Origin: Eledone cirrhosa
Taxonomy: Eukaryota
Direction of reading: 5' to 3'
DNA: 64,000 bases
Assembly (NCBI GenBank): GCA_964016885.1
Contig: OZ024742.1
Coordinates: forward strand, 110,360,001 to 110,424,000
In this document: positions 40,534 through 54,375 of the stretch, piece after piece
Layout of the letters: every line of letters starts with the position of its first letter
Position numbering within the stretch: the first letter of the stretch is position 1
The notes under the pieces: model-generated
Seen by the model: the letters and a program-made list of their open reading frames with translations, nothing else
Told to the model about the DNA's origin: nothing
Database searches by the model: none
Made by a program: the position numbers and the translations under genes

Positions 40534-40584
40534 AGATTCTACAGGACTAGAACTGTTTCATTCTTTAGAAAACATCAGGAATCT
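40534..40584 (-). ncRNA. Type I HHR with A9 to U change
   Basis: AGATTC CTGATGT T-TTC-taaa-GAA-T GAAA CAG-ttctagtc-CTG TA GAATCT. Confidence 0.7.
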
Positions 40585-40589
40585 GGGTA

Positions 40590-41364
40590 TCAAAAAATGA
40601 ACAGCTTAGCCCGATCATTTTTTGGAGCACTTGATAAATGCTTCCCGACATACCGCAAGATCTTCAACAGACAGACTGTGAAGCTCTCGTATTCCACCAC
40701 GAGAAATCTGGCCCGACACATAGCTAGCATCAATAGGAGTAGGCTTAAAAACCACACACAACCAGAAGATGGCAATACAAGCGCCCAGCAGAACCATGTG
40801 GAATGAGGGAAGGGGGGACCCAGTGCCGACCCAAGAAACCCAAACAGACCCGGGAAACCCCCCACCGTGCCCGGGGGAAGACCACCATGTAACACTTAAC
40901 GGGAACCCCACTCTAGGCACGCAGAGGTCGACACCCTCTGCAACTGCAGAAACACCGAATCATGCATCCTTAGTAATGAATGCCTTAAGAAGAACATAGT
41001 ATACGGTTGTAGGGTTAAAACCCCCAACTCCGAATACCTTTACATAGGACCCACATCAACGTGCTTTAAAGGCCGTTGGTATAACCATCGCCATTCATTC
41101 AATAAGGAGGCCAAAAGGAAAAGTACGGCTCTCTCCGACCTGATCTGGAAGCTTAAGCTGGACAGGACCCCGTACTCTCTGGCCTGGTCCATAATCAGGA
41201 AAGTACCACCCGATAAAGGGGGATCTGGCATATGCAAACTATGTCTGAACGAGACCCTCGAGATACTAAGAGGTAGAAGCCGCCTGATAAACCTCAGAAC
41301 CGACTTCTTCGGGACATGCAGACACCTCAGGGCCGGGAGCTTCCTTAAGATATATGGACAATAG
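40590..41364 (+). pseudogene. PLE RT tail + GIY-YIG endonuclease (two in-frame stops)
   Basis: KIFNRQTVKLSYS, CNCRNTESCILSNECLKKNIVY, YLYIGPT..FKGRWYNHRHSF, WSII, CKLCLNE, GTCRH; mostly missed by the ORF track. Confidence 0.92.
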
Positions 41365-42592
41365 CAACATAATAAGATGTGAACTCCCCTCAAGCTATAG
41401 GGACTTCTCCAGAACATGTAGACACCTCTCGGCCAGGCCTCCCTCAAGCTATATTGTCAGTAACAACACCATAGCTGGGAACGCCGCTATGGTGTTGAAC
41501 GCCACAGGGACCAACCCAGACTGAACAGACACCATGATAGCCTAGTGATTGATTCAGACACAGCCTTTATAATTTGGCCAACATCTTTATAACACACACA
41601 CATTTTATTTGATTATCCTATTTCGTTTTATTCTTTTACCATCTTGTTCATCCTACCACTTTATCCAACATATTTCTGACCTTGAGATTGGTTATAGCAC
41701 ACACACATTTTATTTTATTTGAATCCTCATTTTTATTTTTCACTTTTCATTTTCATTTTTCATTTTCATTTTCATTTTCATTTTTCATTTTTCATTACTT
41801 TTTCATTAATTTTTCATTTATTCTCTATTTATTATTTATTATTTATTATTTATTTTCTGTTTTCTTCATTTTATTGCCTTCTATTCCTTCACATACACGG
41901 CAGAATCCCCCCTTCCCACCACCACCACGGGAGATGGTGGCAGGAGCGATGAAGAAACACACACACAGATACTTGTAAATGTCAGCAGCAGCAAGACATA
42001 GGCTGACCACACAACACCAACAACACCACCAAAATAAAGGTAGAGGTCAGAGGTACTTAATAATAGCAAACACAAACACGACAGGGAGCCTCACCCCAGA
42101 AAGCATTTCTATAGACTTTTGACTGTGGAATGCTCTCAAAACTGACCAATGGGAAGAGTGACCTTACAAATCTTTATAACATTGAGATGGGTATAACAAA
42201 CACACACATTGTATTCGATTATTTTATTTTACTTTGTTCCTTTACCATCATATTCCTTCTACCATTTTATCATTTTCTTTAGCTGACTCCAACAACAACA
42301 CCACTACCCACATAAGAATAGAGGTCAGATGTACCTAACAATAACAAGAACAACCACTACAGATTGGCTTGCATCAGAACGAATCTCTATAGACTTTTGA
42401 CTGAGGAATGTTCTAACAACTGACCAATGAGAGGAGAAGAGGGCCTTTGGCGCTGAAATTCGTTTGTTTAAATTCATATGATTCCATCTCCTCAGTGAAA
42501 TAACAACCCAACCAGGAACTGGGCATATCAGAGTATTGACAAAGTTAAACACCTCAACAACATGTGTACTCGTCTCTACCACACTAATTCGG

Positions 42593-42647
42593 ACTGCCTG
42601 AAGAGGTCACAGTGAAAGATGGCTGTCACCGAAATATATATAGCAGT
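42593..42647 (+). ncRNA. Type I HHR, family F
   Basis: ACTGC CTGAAGA GGTCACAG...CTGTCACC GAAA TATATA TA GCAGT; AUA site. Confidence 0.9.
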
Positions 42648-42814
42648 AATAAACGAAGCCAAATTTTAAACATTTGACTTATTTATTTTATTTTATTTTA
42701 CATTACTCCGGAGTAACCAAACCAACCTGCGCACCACGTCGAGTGCTCCAATCTGCATATTGAGGTATTGGTATACAACCAACATATACTCAAAATTTAT
42801 ATATATATATATAA

Positions 42815-43670
42815 AAATACATTATCGGAGAAAGCTAATAGCGATACTCCGGCCAAATTCCAACTCACTCAACAAACATTAGGAAATAAGAGAGTATATT
42901 CCTAATTAAACGTTCGGGGTGCTAACTAATTGTATTGTGTGGAAAATTGGCTGTATTATTTCATATGAGATATATCAAATATATCTCTTCCCAGACGGAC
43001 GTCTCGTTTAATTATAAGATTCCTACAAGTTGGGTGAAATTATACCAATTTATGTAGAAGATTGTATAAGATCAACAGATACTTATTCAAGTGGGCTCTT
43101 ACAATTCTTCAGTGAGTGCCCAAAAATACTAATATTGATAATTAAATCAACATCAATATTTAGCGATATTCACCATCAGTGCTTGAGGTAGCTGCTAGGT
43201 TGCTAGCCCAGCAGTTCTAAAGAAATTCTCATACTGTCTCAAAAAAAGAGGAAGGAGAATTACCGCCAAAAAACAATACATGCGCAGGTCAATGAATTCT
43301 AAAAGGAATTTAAGCCACGTGCTAGAACTCAATTGGAATTTGAAAAAATATCCATATGTGTACATCGTTTGATGACACACATAGATATTTTCTCGGGCAA
43401 AATAACAGAATGAGATACAAGAAACAATCAATATTCATATATAAAAAAATAAACAAAGAGAGTCAAACCTTATATCGGGAAGTTCATATCCGTTGTACCA
43501 AGAGTAAATATATAAATACATTATCGGAGAAAGCTAATAGCGATACTCCGACCAAATCCCATCTCACTCAACAAACATTAGGAAATAAGTGAGTATATTC
43601 CTAATTAAACGTTCGGGGTGCTAACTAATTGTATTGAGTGGAAAATTGGCTGTATTATTTCATATGAGAT
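42815..43670. repeat. ~155-bp direct repeat with ~700-bp period (pLTR-like)
   Basis: 42815-42972 recurs at ~43515-43670. Confidence 0.75.
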
Positions 43671-43692
43671 ATATATATATATATATATATAT

Positions 43693-44832
43693 GGCCTCCC
43701 AACACCCGTGTTACTTTCCCTCTCACCTACCACCCCATCACCCTACCATTCCGGCGACATATCTTCCGTTCATTCCGTATCCTCTCGCTCTTCTGACCCC
43801 TTCACTTCTTGCTTATTTCCAAACCCACCCATTACTGCTGTTAAGCGCGCCCGCAACCTCCGCGACTTCCTGGTTCGCAGTTCCTTTTCGTCCTCTCCCA
43901 CGACTCCACCCGGCTCTCATCCTTGTTCCCGTTCCCGCTGCAACATTTGTCCCTTTATTTCCACCCTCACCACTCTTACAGGCCCTAACGGGTCTTTCCG
44001 TATCCGCCATTCCTTCACTTGCACATCCACCCACGTTGTCTATGCCCTCCGGTGTTCCCTTTGAGGGTCTTTATATATCGGACAAACGGGACGCCATAAG
44101 GCGGACCGTTTTGCCGAACATTTGAGGGACATACGACTCGGTTTGGATACTCCTGTCGCCCGTCATTTCTGTTCTCTTAGATTCCTATAGCTTTCTCTCG
44201 ATCATTAGCAGCTTCTCTTACTACTAATACATGTCGACTATATATGCTCACACCACTTTTCTCTTCACTGCTCTGTATACACACATAAACACCCTTATAT
44301 TAACATAGTTTTTCTCATAGGTTCGTACTTACATGCACACACACACTCTTTTACTCACGTATACACACACTTTTCTTCTTAGCTTCGTACAGACGTATAA
44401 TAACACCCCCCCCCACACACACACATACATACACACACACACACATACACACACACACGCACACACACGCACACACACATGCTTACGCACGTGCACAAGT
44501 ATAGCTCTTTTTACAAAACGTTTTTTTTCCATTTCAAGTAGACGCACTCAATCATCCACTTTTCTAAAAAATAAATCATACACAAAACGCCAGCACCAAC
44601 AGTTTTGCAAGAGATGTCGACATGAATGGACCTGTTATTTTTATCTAAAGACATGTTTTCCAATTCCATCCCGCCCGTCCCCTCAATCTATCTTATTTCT
44701 CATTCTTTCTTCCGATGAAGGACTAGCGTCCGAAAGGTTAAGACCCTCTTCCTGCAATATCAAGTGTTAACCTAATATATCCCTTCCATATACTGTAGCG
44801 ATTGTGTTGTTGTTATTTTTGTTTACCTTTTA
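43693..44832 (+). mobile_element. PLE fragment (Neptune-type linker, GIY-YIG, 3' UTR)
   Basis: KRARNLRDFLVRS, PCSRSRCNICP, CTSTHVVYALRCSL*GSLYIGQTG, RFAEH, PVARHF. Confidence 0.9.
44708..44743 (+). ncRNA. Decayed minimal HHR
   Basis: TCTT CCGATGA AGGAC-tagc-GTCC GAAA GG TT AAGA (U4 to C; stem III palindrome broken). Confidence 0.6.
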
Positions 44833-44909
<77 letters not shown>

Positions 44910-45165
44910 AATGGAAAAAAATGAAATTTCATTTCTCAGTCTTAGTACGGCTGATACTTAAATATCAGTATGTATACGTACATACATATATGTATACAGA
45001 CGTACACTAGTATGTATATACATACACATGTATATATATGTACCTATGGATTTACCGAACATTTATAATAATGCTCGGTTTGTTTGTAAACAAACAGCCC
45101 GAATTCGTAGCCGTACAGTGTTCGGTAACCATCGTTCCCCTTTTGTTCAAGACTGACCAAGGAAC

Positions 45166-45204
45166 GATGAATTAGTTTCTAGCTTATTAGCTGTCATCAG
45201 CATC
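45166..45204 (-). ncRNA. Type I HHR, family A (stem III substitution)
   Basis: GATG CTGATGA C-AGCT-aata-AGCT-A GAAA CTAA TT CATC. Confidence 0.75.
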
Positions 45205-45448
45205 CTATACCTTCCTGTCAGTCGATTGAAAGTTTGAAAGTATATACTTTTCTTATGCATATTAACGGCTGAGCAACCTAATTTGCATATCGAGTGAGTT
45301 AGTCGGCTGGGTGTACCGAAAACGATAAATGGAAAAAATAAAATTTCATTTCTCACTCGTAGTACGGCTGATACTTAAATATCAGTATGTATACGTACAT
45401 ACATATATGTATACAGACATACACTAGTATGTATATACATACATACAT

Positions 45449-45494
<46 letters not shown>

Positions 45495-45614
45495 GTATGG
45501 GTTTACCGAACATTTATTGTAATGCTCGGTTTGTTTGTAAACAAACAGCCAGAATTCGTAGCCGTACTGTGTTTGGCAACCATCGTAGCTCTTTTGTTCA
45601 ACACTGACCAAGGA

Positions 45615-45657
45615 ACGATGAACTAGTTTCTAGCTTATTAGCTGTCATCAGCATCGT
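45615..45657 (-). ncRNA. Type I HHR, family A
   Basis: ACGATG CTGATGA C-AGCT-aata-AGCT-A GAAA CTAG TT CATCGT. Confidence 0.87.
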
Positions 45658-45958
45658 ACACCTTCCTGTCAGTCGATTGAACGTTTGAAAGTATATACTT
45701 TCCTTATGCATATTAACGGCTGAGCAGCCTAATTTGCATATCGAGTGAGTTAGTCGGCCGGGTTTACAAACAAACCGAGCATTATAATAAATGTTCGGTA
45801 AACCAATACGTACATAAATATATATATGTGTGCATGTATGTATGTACATACAAACTAGTGTACGTCTGTATACATATATGTATATACGTATATATACTGA
45901 ATTTTAAGTATCAGCCGTACTAAGAGTGAGAAATGAAATTTCATTTTTTCCATTTATC

Positions 45959-46555
<597 letters not shown>

Positions 46556-46556
46556 G

Positions 46557-46613
<57 letters not shown>

Positions 46614-46744
46614 GTGAGGTTTTTTTTTTACAGAATGAAAAATAACCGAGGTGTCCTACACGAGTGAAAGTATAAAGAAAAAAAGATGAAATCGAAAATG
46701 CAACTGGAGTCTTATTTAAAAAAATATATATATTTTTATTTGGT

Positions 46745-46784
46745 TCCTTTACCGGTTTCGCAGTTCTTCTGCTTATGATAAGTA
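46745..46784 (-). ncRNA. Eroded HHR remnant
   Basis: CTT ATCATAA GCAG-aagaa-CTGC GAAA CCGG TA AAG; the 5' core is degraded. Confidence 0.45.
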
Positions 46785-46818
46785 GAGTTGAGATAGAGGG
46801 TCTGTGGTTTTTCTCGCA

Positions 46819-46900
<82 letters not shown>

Positions 46901-46905
46901 CATAC

Positions 46906-46938
<33 letters not shown>

Positions 46939-47760
46939 CATATGTATGTATAAATTAATAAAAATAATGAATAAAAACAAAGAAACATTTCCTTATATTA
47001 AAAAAAATCATCATTTTACGATCGTTTCTAGGATATATATGTGCGTGTTGGTATGTATATCATATAGATCTATGTAAAATTTTTACAAACTATCAGAGGG
47101 AATATATATACCTACACATATATATGCTGTCTTCAGAAATAATGATATTTGTTTATTGAAAAAAAACAACAAATATTTAATATAATAGGTCTGTTTGGGA
47201 ACAGGTTTTGAATTGACCAATAGAAAGGTAGTAAGTGGTCAAGATGATAGAATAGTAGTAATAGAAATTTAATTTAGGGGTAGAGGAAAGCAGACTTCAG
47301 TTTTGAATGGAAAGAGAATTTTGAATGAAAAGATTACTTTGGGGATAAACATAGGTCAAGCCGGTGAAAGGTACACGAAAATTTGATGTTATAAAAGAAT
47401 AATGCTAATGTTAAAATCTAAGGAGAATAAAATTTTACGATAAATGTGTTAGTGAAAAATATCAATCTTATTTAAAACATAAGGAATTTACATCTATAAA
47501 AAGAAAATAAATTAATTTAATTGATAGGTATATTTATATTGATAAATTTATATTAATTCATATAGATATGATAAATAAGAGTTAGATGTAATTGAAGAAT
47601 GTTGTTAAAAACGAAGGGGAAAAAAAAAAAATTGGGGAGGGGGGGGGGGATAAATGTATTAGTGAGAAATAACAAATTTATATAGATTACAAGGAATATA
47701 GATTCATAACCTGAAATTAAAATGCATGTATATATATGTATGTATATATATGTATATATG

Positions 47761-47827
<67 letters not shown>

Positions 47828-47832
47828 ATATG

Positions 47833-47932
<100 letters not shown>

Positions 47933-47962
47933 CATACATAGATACATATACAGATACATACA

Positions 47963-48405
47963 TACTGCCACCAAATTAAAGCACAACCGGCCTGATATTG
48001 TTGTTTGGGACCACACATTGAAAATGTGTTCTGTTGTGGAGATCAGTGCCCACTTGATGTAAACGTTGTCAGAAAAATACAGGAGAAGAAGGACATCTAC
48101 GGACCATTGATGAGGAGTCTATACATTCAGTATCCAAGATACACCTTTAGCTTCATACCCATCATTATTGGAGCTACGGGTTATATACCAACCCGCTTGT
48201 ACCAAAGTATGACTGAACTTGGGTTTGCGGACAAAAAGCGCACCTCCCTAATTCATAGTCTACAAATGGCTGCGATAGCTGGCACCTTCAAAATTTGCAA
48301 AACATTCTTGCGATTCAAGGACGACAATTTCTTTTCTTTTACAACCTTGCCACCAGGAAGGTGGCCGGTCAAAGAAATATACTCGAAATTAAGAGAAAGA
48401 GATAA
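47963..48405 (+). mobile_element. 3' end of an RLE-type non-LTR element (R4/Dong-like)
   Basis: [11 protein letters not shown]...VVEIS, then PLDVNV..K..EKKDIY, IPIIIGATG (PD-(D/E)xK nuclease); flanked by TACA-rich repeats. Confidence 0.85.
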
Positions 48406-49239
48406 CATACATTGATACATACATATGCACATGCATACATATAATTCAAAACAGCCACATCCACACATACATTAACATCCATACCAGCACACACAGATAT
48501 GCATACATATCTAACTAGTCGATGTTTAAATTCCAATGAGAGAGTATTGTATCTATGTTAGAAACCGACTCTCTCTATATTGATAAAAATTTATAAAATT
48601 ATAAAACTAGAACATACATTCATATAGATATATGCATACATATAGATATAGGCACACATTCATTTACTGATACATAAGAACGAACACAAAAATGCTTACT
48701 CGTGATTTACACATAAGACGTCTTGATTCAACAATAGAATTAATCAATAACACTGACTGTAGAAAACAATGGTAGCCTACATTGTAAAAAATCATTTAGT
48801 AAAATTTGCGAATTTGGATACGTATGTTATAACACCAGGAAACGGAACAACTCTAAAAACATGAGGAACACAAGCATTTCCCAGCAAACAATTCGTAGGA
48901 GAGTGATACATTTTAACAATGTTTATTGTAATAGTTGGCATATAGGATTGAATAACGTGCAGGAATATAAAGAGATACGGATGTGAAGATTGCGATATGA
49001 TAATCACATTAAAAGGATTATAAAAAGAGTTGATAATCCTGATTGACGAACAAAAGTACGTATATGGGTGAGAATAAGTTATATACGTAGCAAAATCGTA
49101 TCAACAAGAGAGGAAAAGAGGTTCACTACGTGGTCGTTTAAATTCCTATTAATAGCAAACATATTTCCGTTACATCACTGCCATGTTGAATAATGATTCT
49201 AATTTAGACACTAGCCTAGCAATATGTAGGAAGGGAAAA

Positions 49240-49400
49240 GTTGATTATATCGATCCCGGTTCTGGTACTTTATTTTATTGGCACAAGAAGGATGAAAGGC
49301 AAAGTTGACTTCAGTGGGATTTGAGCTCAGAACGTAAAAAGCCGGAATAAATACTGATGAACATTTGTTCGCTGCTCTAAAGACCCAGCCAATTCACTGC
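49240..49400 (-). mobile_element. tRNA-derived SINE
   Basis: Reverse complement of the SINE core (GGATGAAAGGCAAAGTTGAC). Confidence 0.75.
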
Positions 49401-49844
49401 CATGTTAAGTAAGGGGAGGTCACATGTGGTAATGTAGTTGTAGATGATTAAAACAGGATGGTATTTGATGAACTAAATATCCTTGCTTATATATCTGTTT
49501 GATCAGCGTTGGCCCTGGGCTAACAAACCCGGTAACAAAGGCGGTAATAGTAAATCTGTTTGTTCCATTATATTTTAGAGCGGTTTTGCTTAACAAGAAT
49601 AATCAAGATTAGTTAATATTTTGATTTATACTTTTTGAACTGACATGAACATCTGTCGACTTTCCTTTACGTTGTGTCTGACAATCTTTTCGAAGCTGAT
49701 AATAATTGAGGAAGCTGTTCCTCAAGGCTTTATTGTGGACGCTTGGTTTTCTCATAAAGCGCAATAAATATCAACAAGAATTATTCGGGATTCACCACCA
49801 CAATCTTCTGCTTAAAGATGACTGGGAGACATCAGTATCAGTCG

Positions 49845-50012
49845 ATTAATATCGAACCGGGTACCTGAGCGGCACTCTATTTTATCGACCCCTGAAGTAT
49901 AAAAGACTAAGATGACCCTTGTAAGATTTCGACTCATGATGTTAAAGGTCTGTATAACTAAATATCGTAAGATCTTTTGTTCAAATCTCAAACGATTCTC
50001 ACAATCAGCCGC
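49845..50012 (-). mobile_element. Old SINE copy
   Basis: TATTTTATCGACCCC plus a degenerate B box. Confidence 0.55.
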
Positions 50013-51568
50013 CTAACAATGCTAATTTATAAGTTTCATATTTGCATCCTCTGCATTTGCTGTTAAATTTGATAACAAATCTAAAATATTTCTTCAGTCG
50101 GATAACAGATAATCTGTTATCTATGCATTGACGGCGGCTATTATATAACACTTGACAAAGATCAACTATATTCTGATATCTTACGGGAAGGCTTTGTACT
50201 GAAGACTGTTTATGGTGACAGCAAATTTAAATTTATGAAAGATAGTTGTTCTATTATGTTCATATTTTGGCTCGTTGTTGCTGAAAGCTTAGATCTATGA
50301 CAAATGTCATATTGAGAACAGAACGAATGGTTTAAAGTGTCAGGAAAATTATTTCCCAAATGCTTTATGATATTGGTAGCGTCAGTTAACACCTCAAATG
50401 ATTGAACATATCTTTCCAGCTATAATCTTGTTAGAAGCTGAGTTCAAAACATAGTTCTATATACTTAATATGTTAATTTTATGTTGTAAACTGGATTATA
50501 TTTAGTTCTAGTATATTCGTTGCCGTCATTTGAATTATATTTCTCGAAACTTCGAATAAAGTGATACATTGCTTTGTTCTATGCTTGCCATTAGCTTGTG
50601 TAGACGTATCAAAGCATATAATATCTTAATACATATCTTAAAGAGGCTTATAGTATATTAAAATAAATATAGCTCTGTCAAGTTGATGAAAGGGCTTACT
50701 CTTGAAATTAGCATGGAACCTGCTGAGCACACCACGTGTACCTTAAACGTAATACTCAAGGAGATTCAGTTTGACACAGTGTGTGACAAGGCTGGTCCTT
50801 TGATTTAGAGGCACAATCTACCAAATATTTTCTCTCCACCCAATTTTGCTCACATGACTTGAGTCGAACAACAGCTAAGGTTAAAAGAATTCTTGTTGAA
50901 GATACCATACAGTGGAATCAGTACAATACCAGGAATACCATACAGTACAATACCAGGAATCCCATGGTTACGTAGCGAACTTTCTAGACTTTCCGCCCAG
51001 ATATACGTTTTAATATTGCAATACATATCTTAAAGTATATATCTTTCTCTATTTAGAATATAGTCAATCACATAAATCCTGAAACAAAACTAATTTTCGT
51101 GACGGCATTTTCGTCTAGATACTATATTGCTTTGCACAGCTTTTAACATGTTAATAAGTGAGCAAAGCCACAGATTGTTAATGAGTATTTTTAGTGCTGT
51201 TGCTTTATTGCTTATTGCATGGTCAGTTCTTTTCTTAATGACCTATGATCAAAAGCGTTCTCGTAGTGATCAACTCACATTATATATATGTATTTAATAC
51301 TACATAAAACCAACCCGTGTTATTTATATAAATCTCTATCATCCATTGAGACGGTTGTAATGTGTATGTCTGGAGTGACACTGCAACTTCTTGCAGGGTT
51401 ACTGAACAAAGAGAGGGTCCTTAACTTGTCTATGATAAAACTAATACATACTTATATATAATTGGTGTGTCCTACAATTGAAGGTAACCTTTGGCACAAC
51501 GCGTGTTGATACCATTTTCTGTATTGAATATATATATTTTACATGTGTGTGTGTGTGTGCGTGCGTGC

Positions 51569-51695
<127 letters not shown>

Positions 51696-52714
51696 TATGC
51701 ATGTGTGTTTGTTTAGGCGTATCATACATATATGTGATTGTTCGTGCATTTATATCTATATTTGGCAGAAATCGATTCGGATTTCATTAACTGAACAATG
51801 ATGTTTTCTGAAAAGAAATGAAAAAAAAAAAAAGCGTTTAATTTGTTATCTCAGAACATTCTATATGTAACATTCTGCAAATAGCCACACAACAGGTCTT
51901 CTCAGAACAAATACTGGGTCAACAAGACAGAAAAACTTACTATCTAAACTCCATTTGTACATTATCAGGTTTGTCTTTCTTTTATGTCTTCTCATGCCTC
52001 AGAAATTACGAAAACAAAAGGTATAGAATACAAAAAAAAACAACAAAAAAAATCAAAAAACAAATGTCGTCTGAACTTTCATTTCGGTAATCAATTTTCG
52101 TTTTCCGAAGCTTTGATTTGTTTTAATGCTGCATTTTGTAAACATTTGTTTCTTGCTATTTATCAACTGTAAACTTAGAAGTTTGATTTCATCTGATTGC
52201 TAGCAAATCTTTGAATAGTTTAAAGTACTAGATAGATATTGGGGTTAAGCCAAGGTTGTTCAATTTTAAACAACCCCCAGATACTTTTACGTTTATGTTT
52301 TTCTAGGTATCACTGCCAATGTCTACCGCTAAGATAATTGCTTATAGATCTTCAGTTTGCTTTGCTATACGTTTCTTGAAAATGTCTACATCTTGAATAA
52401 ACAGACATTTGATATTAAATATAATAGTAACGCTTTTACAATTCAAAAATAACAACGCCTAATATGGTAGATATATATCAAGAAAAATATCTCTCAACGA
52501 ACAATAAGTTGCACTTCTCTGAAAACGTGGGTTATTAGAAAAATGACCAATCAAATATCAAAATTGTATCGAGGTGTGTGTGTGTGTATGTGTAAGGTGA
52601 GGTGATGGTAAAAGGATATAAAATTATATAATAGTGAAATATTTTGATAACTTTTCCATTAGAATACAACGGTTTCCATATATATATATATATAGAGAGA
52701 GAGAGTGAGTGAGT

Positions 52715-52791
<77 letters not shown>

Positions 52792-53104
52792 AATAAAGAG
52801 AGAAAGAGAGAGACTCTCACTCGTATATACGTGTAAGCATGTATGCTGTCTACGTGCGTATAGATATTTGTATATATATTTCTGCGCATAGACACATCCA
52901 TACATACACACACATATATACGCATAGATGAACATAAATATTTATACATACATACATACACCCCTCCCCCCACACATACATACACACACATAAGTTTAGT
53001 GTATTTGTTTATAAGATTCTTGATGTAAAATCGTATGTTGAGACCGATATTGTTATATTTGGAGATGTTCATGTTGCTAGTTAGTGCTCAATTCAATTTC
53101 TTTG

Positions 53105-54253
53105 TAACAGACTTGTGAACAGGGTGAAAATGTGCCCAGCATGTGCAATCCCACAGAATTAAAGAGACACAAACAGCACTTCCACTGCATGCAGGTCTCT
53201 TATAGCCAGAAAGACAGGATCAGGCTGTACAAAGGAGCCATGGCTGAACTTAAAACCACTATGGAGAATGATGCGAATGGGATTTGCCCACTATACAGGA
53301 GCCAATAATGGGATAGCATAGAAAGGACTAAGAAGAAGATAGGGAAGGCCAGCTCGTGGTATGACATCATGTTCGTTGATGCTACTTCTCGAAGTGAAAT
53401 AGTGTATCGTTTTAGTAGAGCATTAGTCAAAATTAACTTAAGGATTAAAGTAGTAAAAAATCCAGGAGCTCCCATAAAATCTATGACTAGTAGGATATAC
53501 TTCTTAGGAAAATCCCTTGTATGGATAGAAACTGTATAGTCCTTAAGGTAAGAACGCAGCTAAACTGCAAAACTAGAAATGTAGTCTATAGAATAAAATG
53601 TACAGAGAGACGGCGTAGAAACAAGACAACGGCATGCATAGGAGACAACCCGTAGCATAGGAGAGAATAAAGGAACACTGGCGGGAACTTAAGGAGGAAA
53701 AGATCTCATCAATGCTCGACCAACACGCCAAACTGGAACACGGGGCTCAATAGATAACATAGAAATATAGATCCTATCCACATCTAGAACTGATGTAACA
53801 TTAAGAGAAATTACCAAGGCCACAAATATAATATAAGATAATCCTTGCCCGAACAGATAACACGGGGAGTGAAATAGTAAAAGCCAGCAAGCTAACGACT
53901 GAAGACAGGATAGGGAGAAAAGAAAGACTTAAAGAGTGAAAGATACTAACCCCGACATACACATAAAACCTAGGCGAAGGCGCAGTCGTTAACGCATGCG
54001 CAGACTTGAATCACGAAAAATGCCCCATAAAAAAGACAAGATGCAGTAACAGTTTAAGACCAGAAAGAAGAGAAAGCAAAAAAGAGAACAGATAGTCATT
54101 GAAGATGTCACAGAATGTGTGATGAAAAAACTTTGACGAATTAACCAATAACCAGTAATAAAGATAAAGTGAAAAAGTGAAAATCATATGAGGCGCGTGC
54201 TTTCTTTTATTGGCGATACTGGCAACACGACCGTCCCAAATACAACAATGTAG

Positions 54254-54255
<2 letters not shown>
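53105..54255 (+). mobile_element. Heavily decayed PLE (RT tail, GIY-YIG, 3' UTR with eroded HHR at 54095-54137)
   Basis: Across frameshifts: IMFVDAT, RIKVVKNPG, NCKTRNVVYRIKC, IG.TTRSIGE, KEHW. HHR remnant GTCA TTGAAGA TGTCACA..TGTGAT GAAA..TT TGAC. Confidence 0.7.
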
Positions 54256-54287
<32 letters not shown>

Positions 54288-54290
<3 letters not shown>

Positions 54291-54375
54291 AAAAGAGTCA
54301 GGACCCCGACGGCTGAGCTCCGGCCGTTTCGACAGCTAGATCCGACAGCTAGATCTGGTGCCTTATGGTCCATCT
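54288..54375. mobile_element. Rearranged family B terminal fragment
   Basis: GACCCCGACGGCTGAGCTC..GCCGTTTCGAC on minus joined to GGTGCCTTATGGTCCATCT on plus. Confidence 0.6.

Larger units (their letters stand above)
40590..42800 (+). mobile_element. 5'-truncated PLE with CxC linker and C-terminal GIY-YIG (Hydra-type, tentative)
   Basis: Coding remnant to 41364, long 3' UTR, HHR at 42593, AATAAA, then (TA)n. Confidence 0.85.
44909..45958 (-). mobile_element. Family A: two tandem ~420-450 bp ORF-less units plus inverted tail
   Basis: Units start at ~44911 and ~45329; inversion at ~45761; one HHR per unit. Confidence 0.88.

Noticed and set aside
50680-50712. TTGATGA AAGGG-ctta-CTCTT GAAA HHR-like string
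   Set aside because: No convincing stem I or stem III/NUH site.
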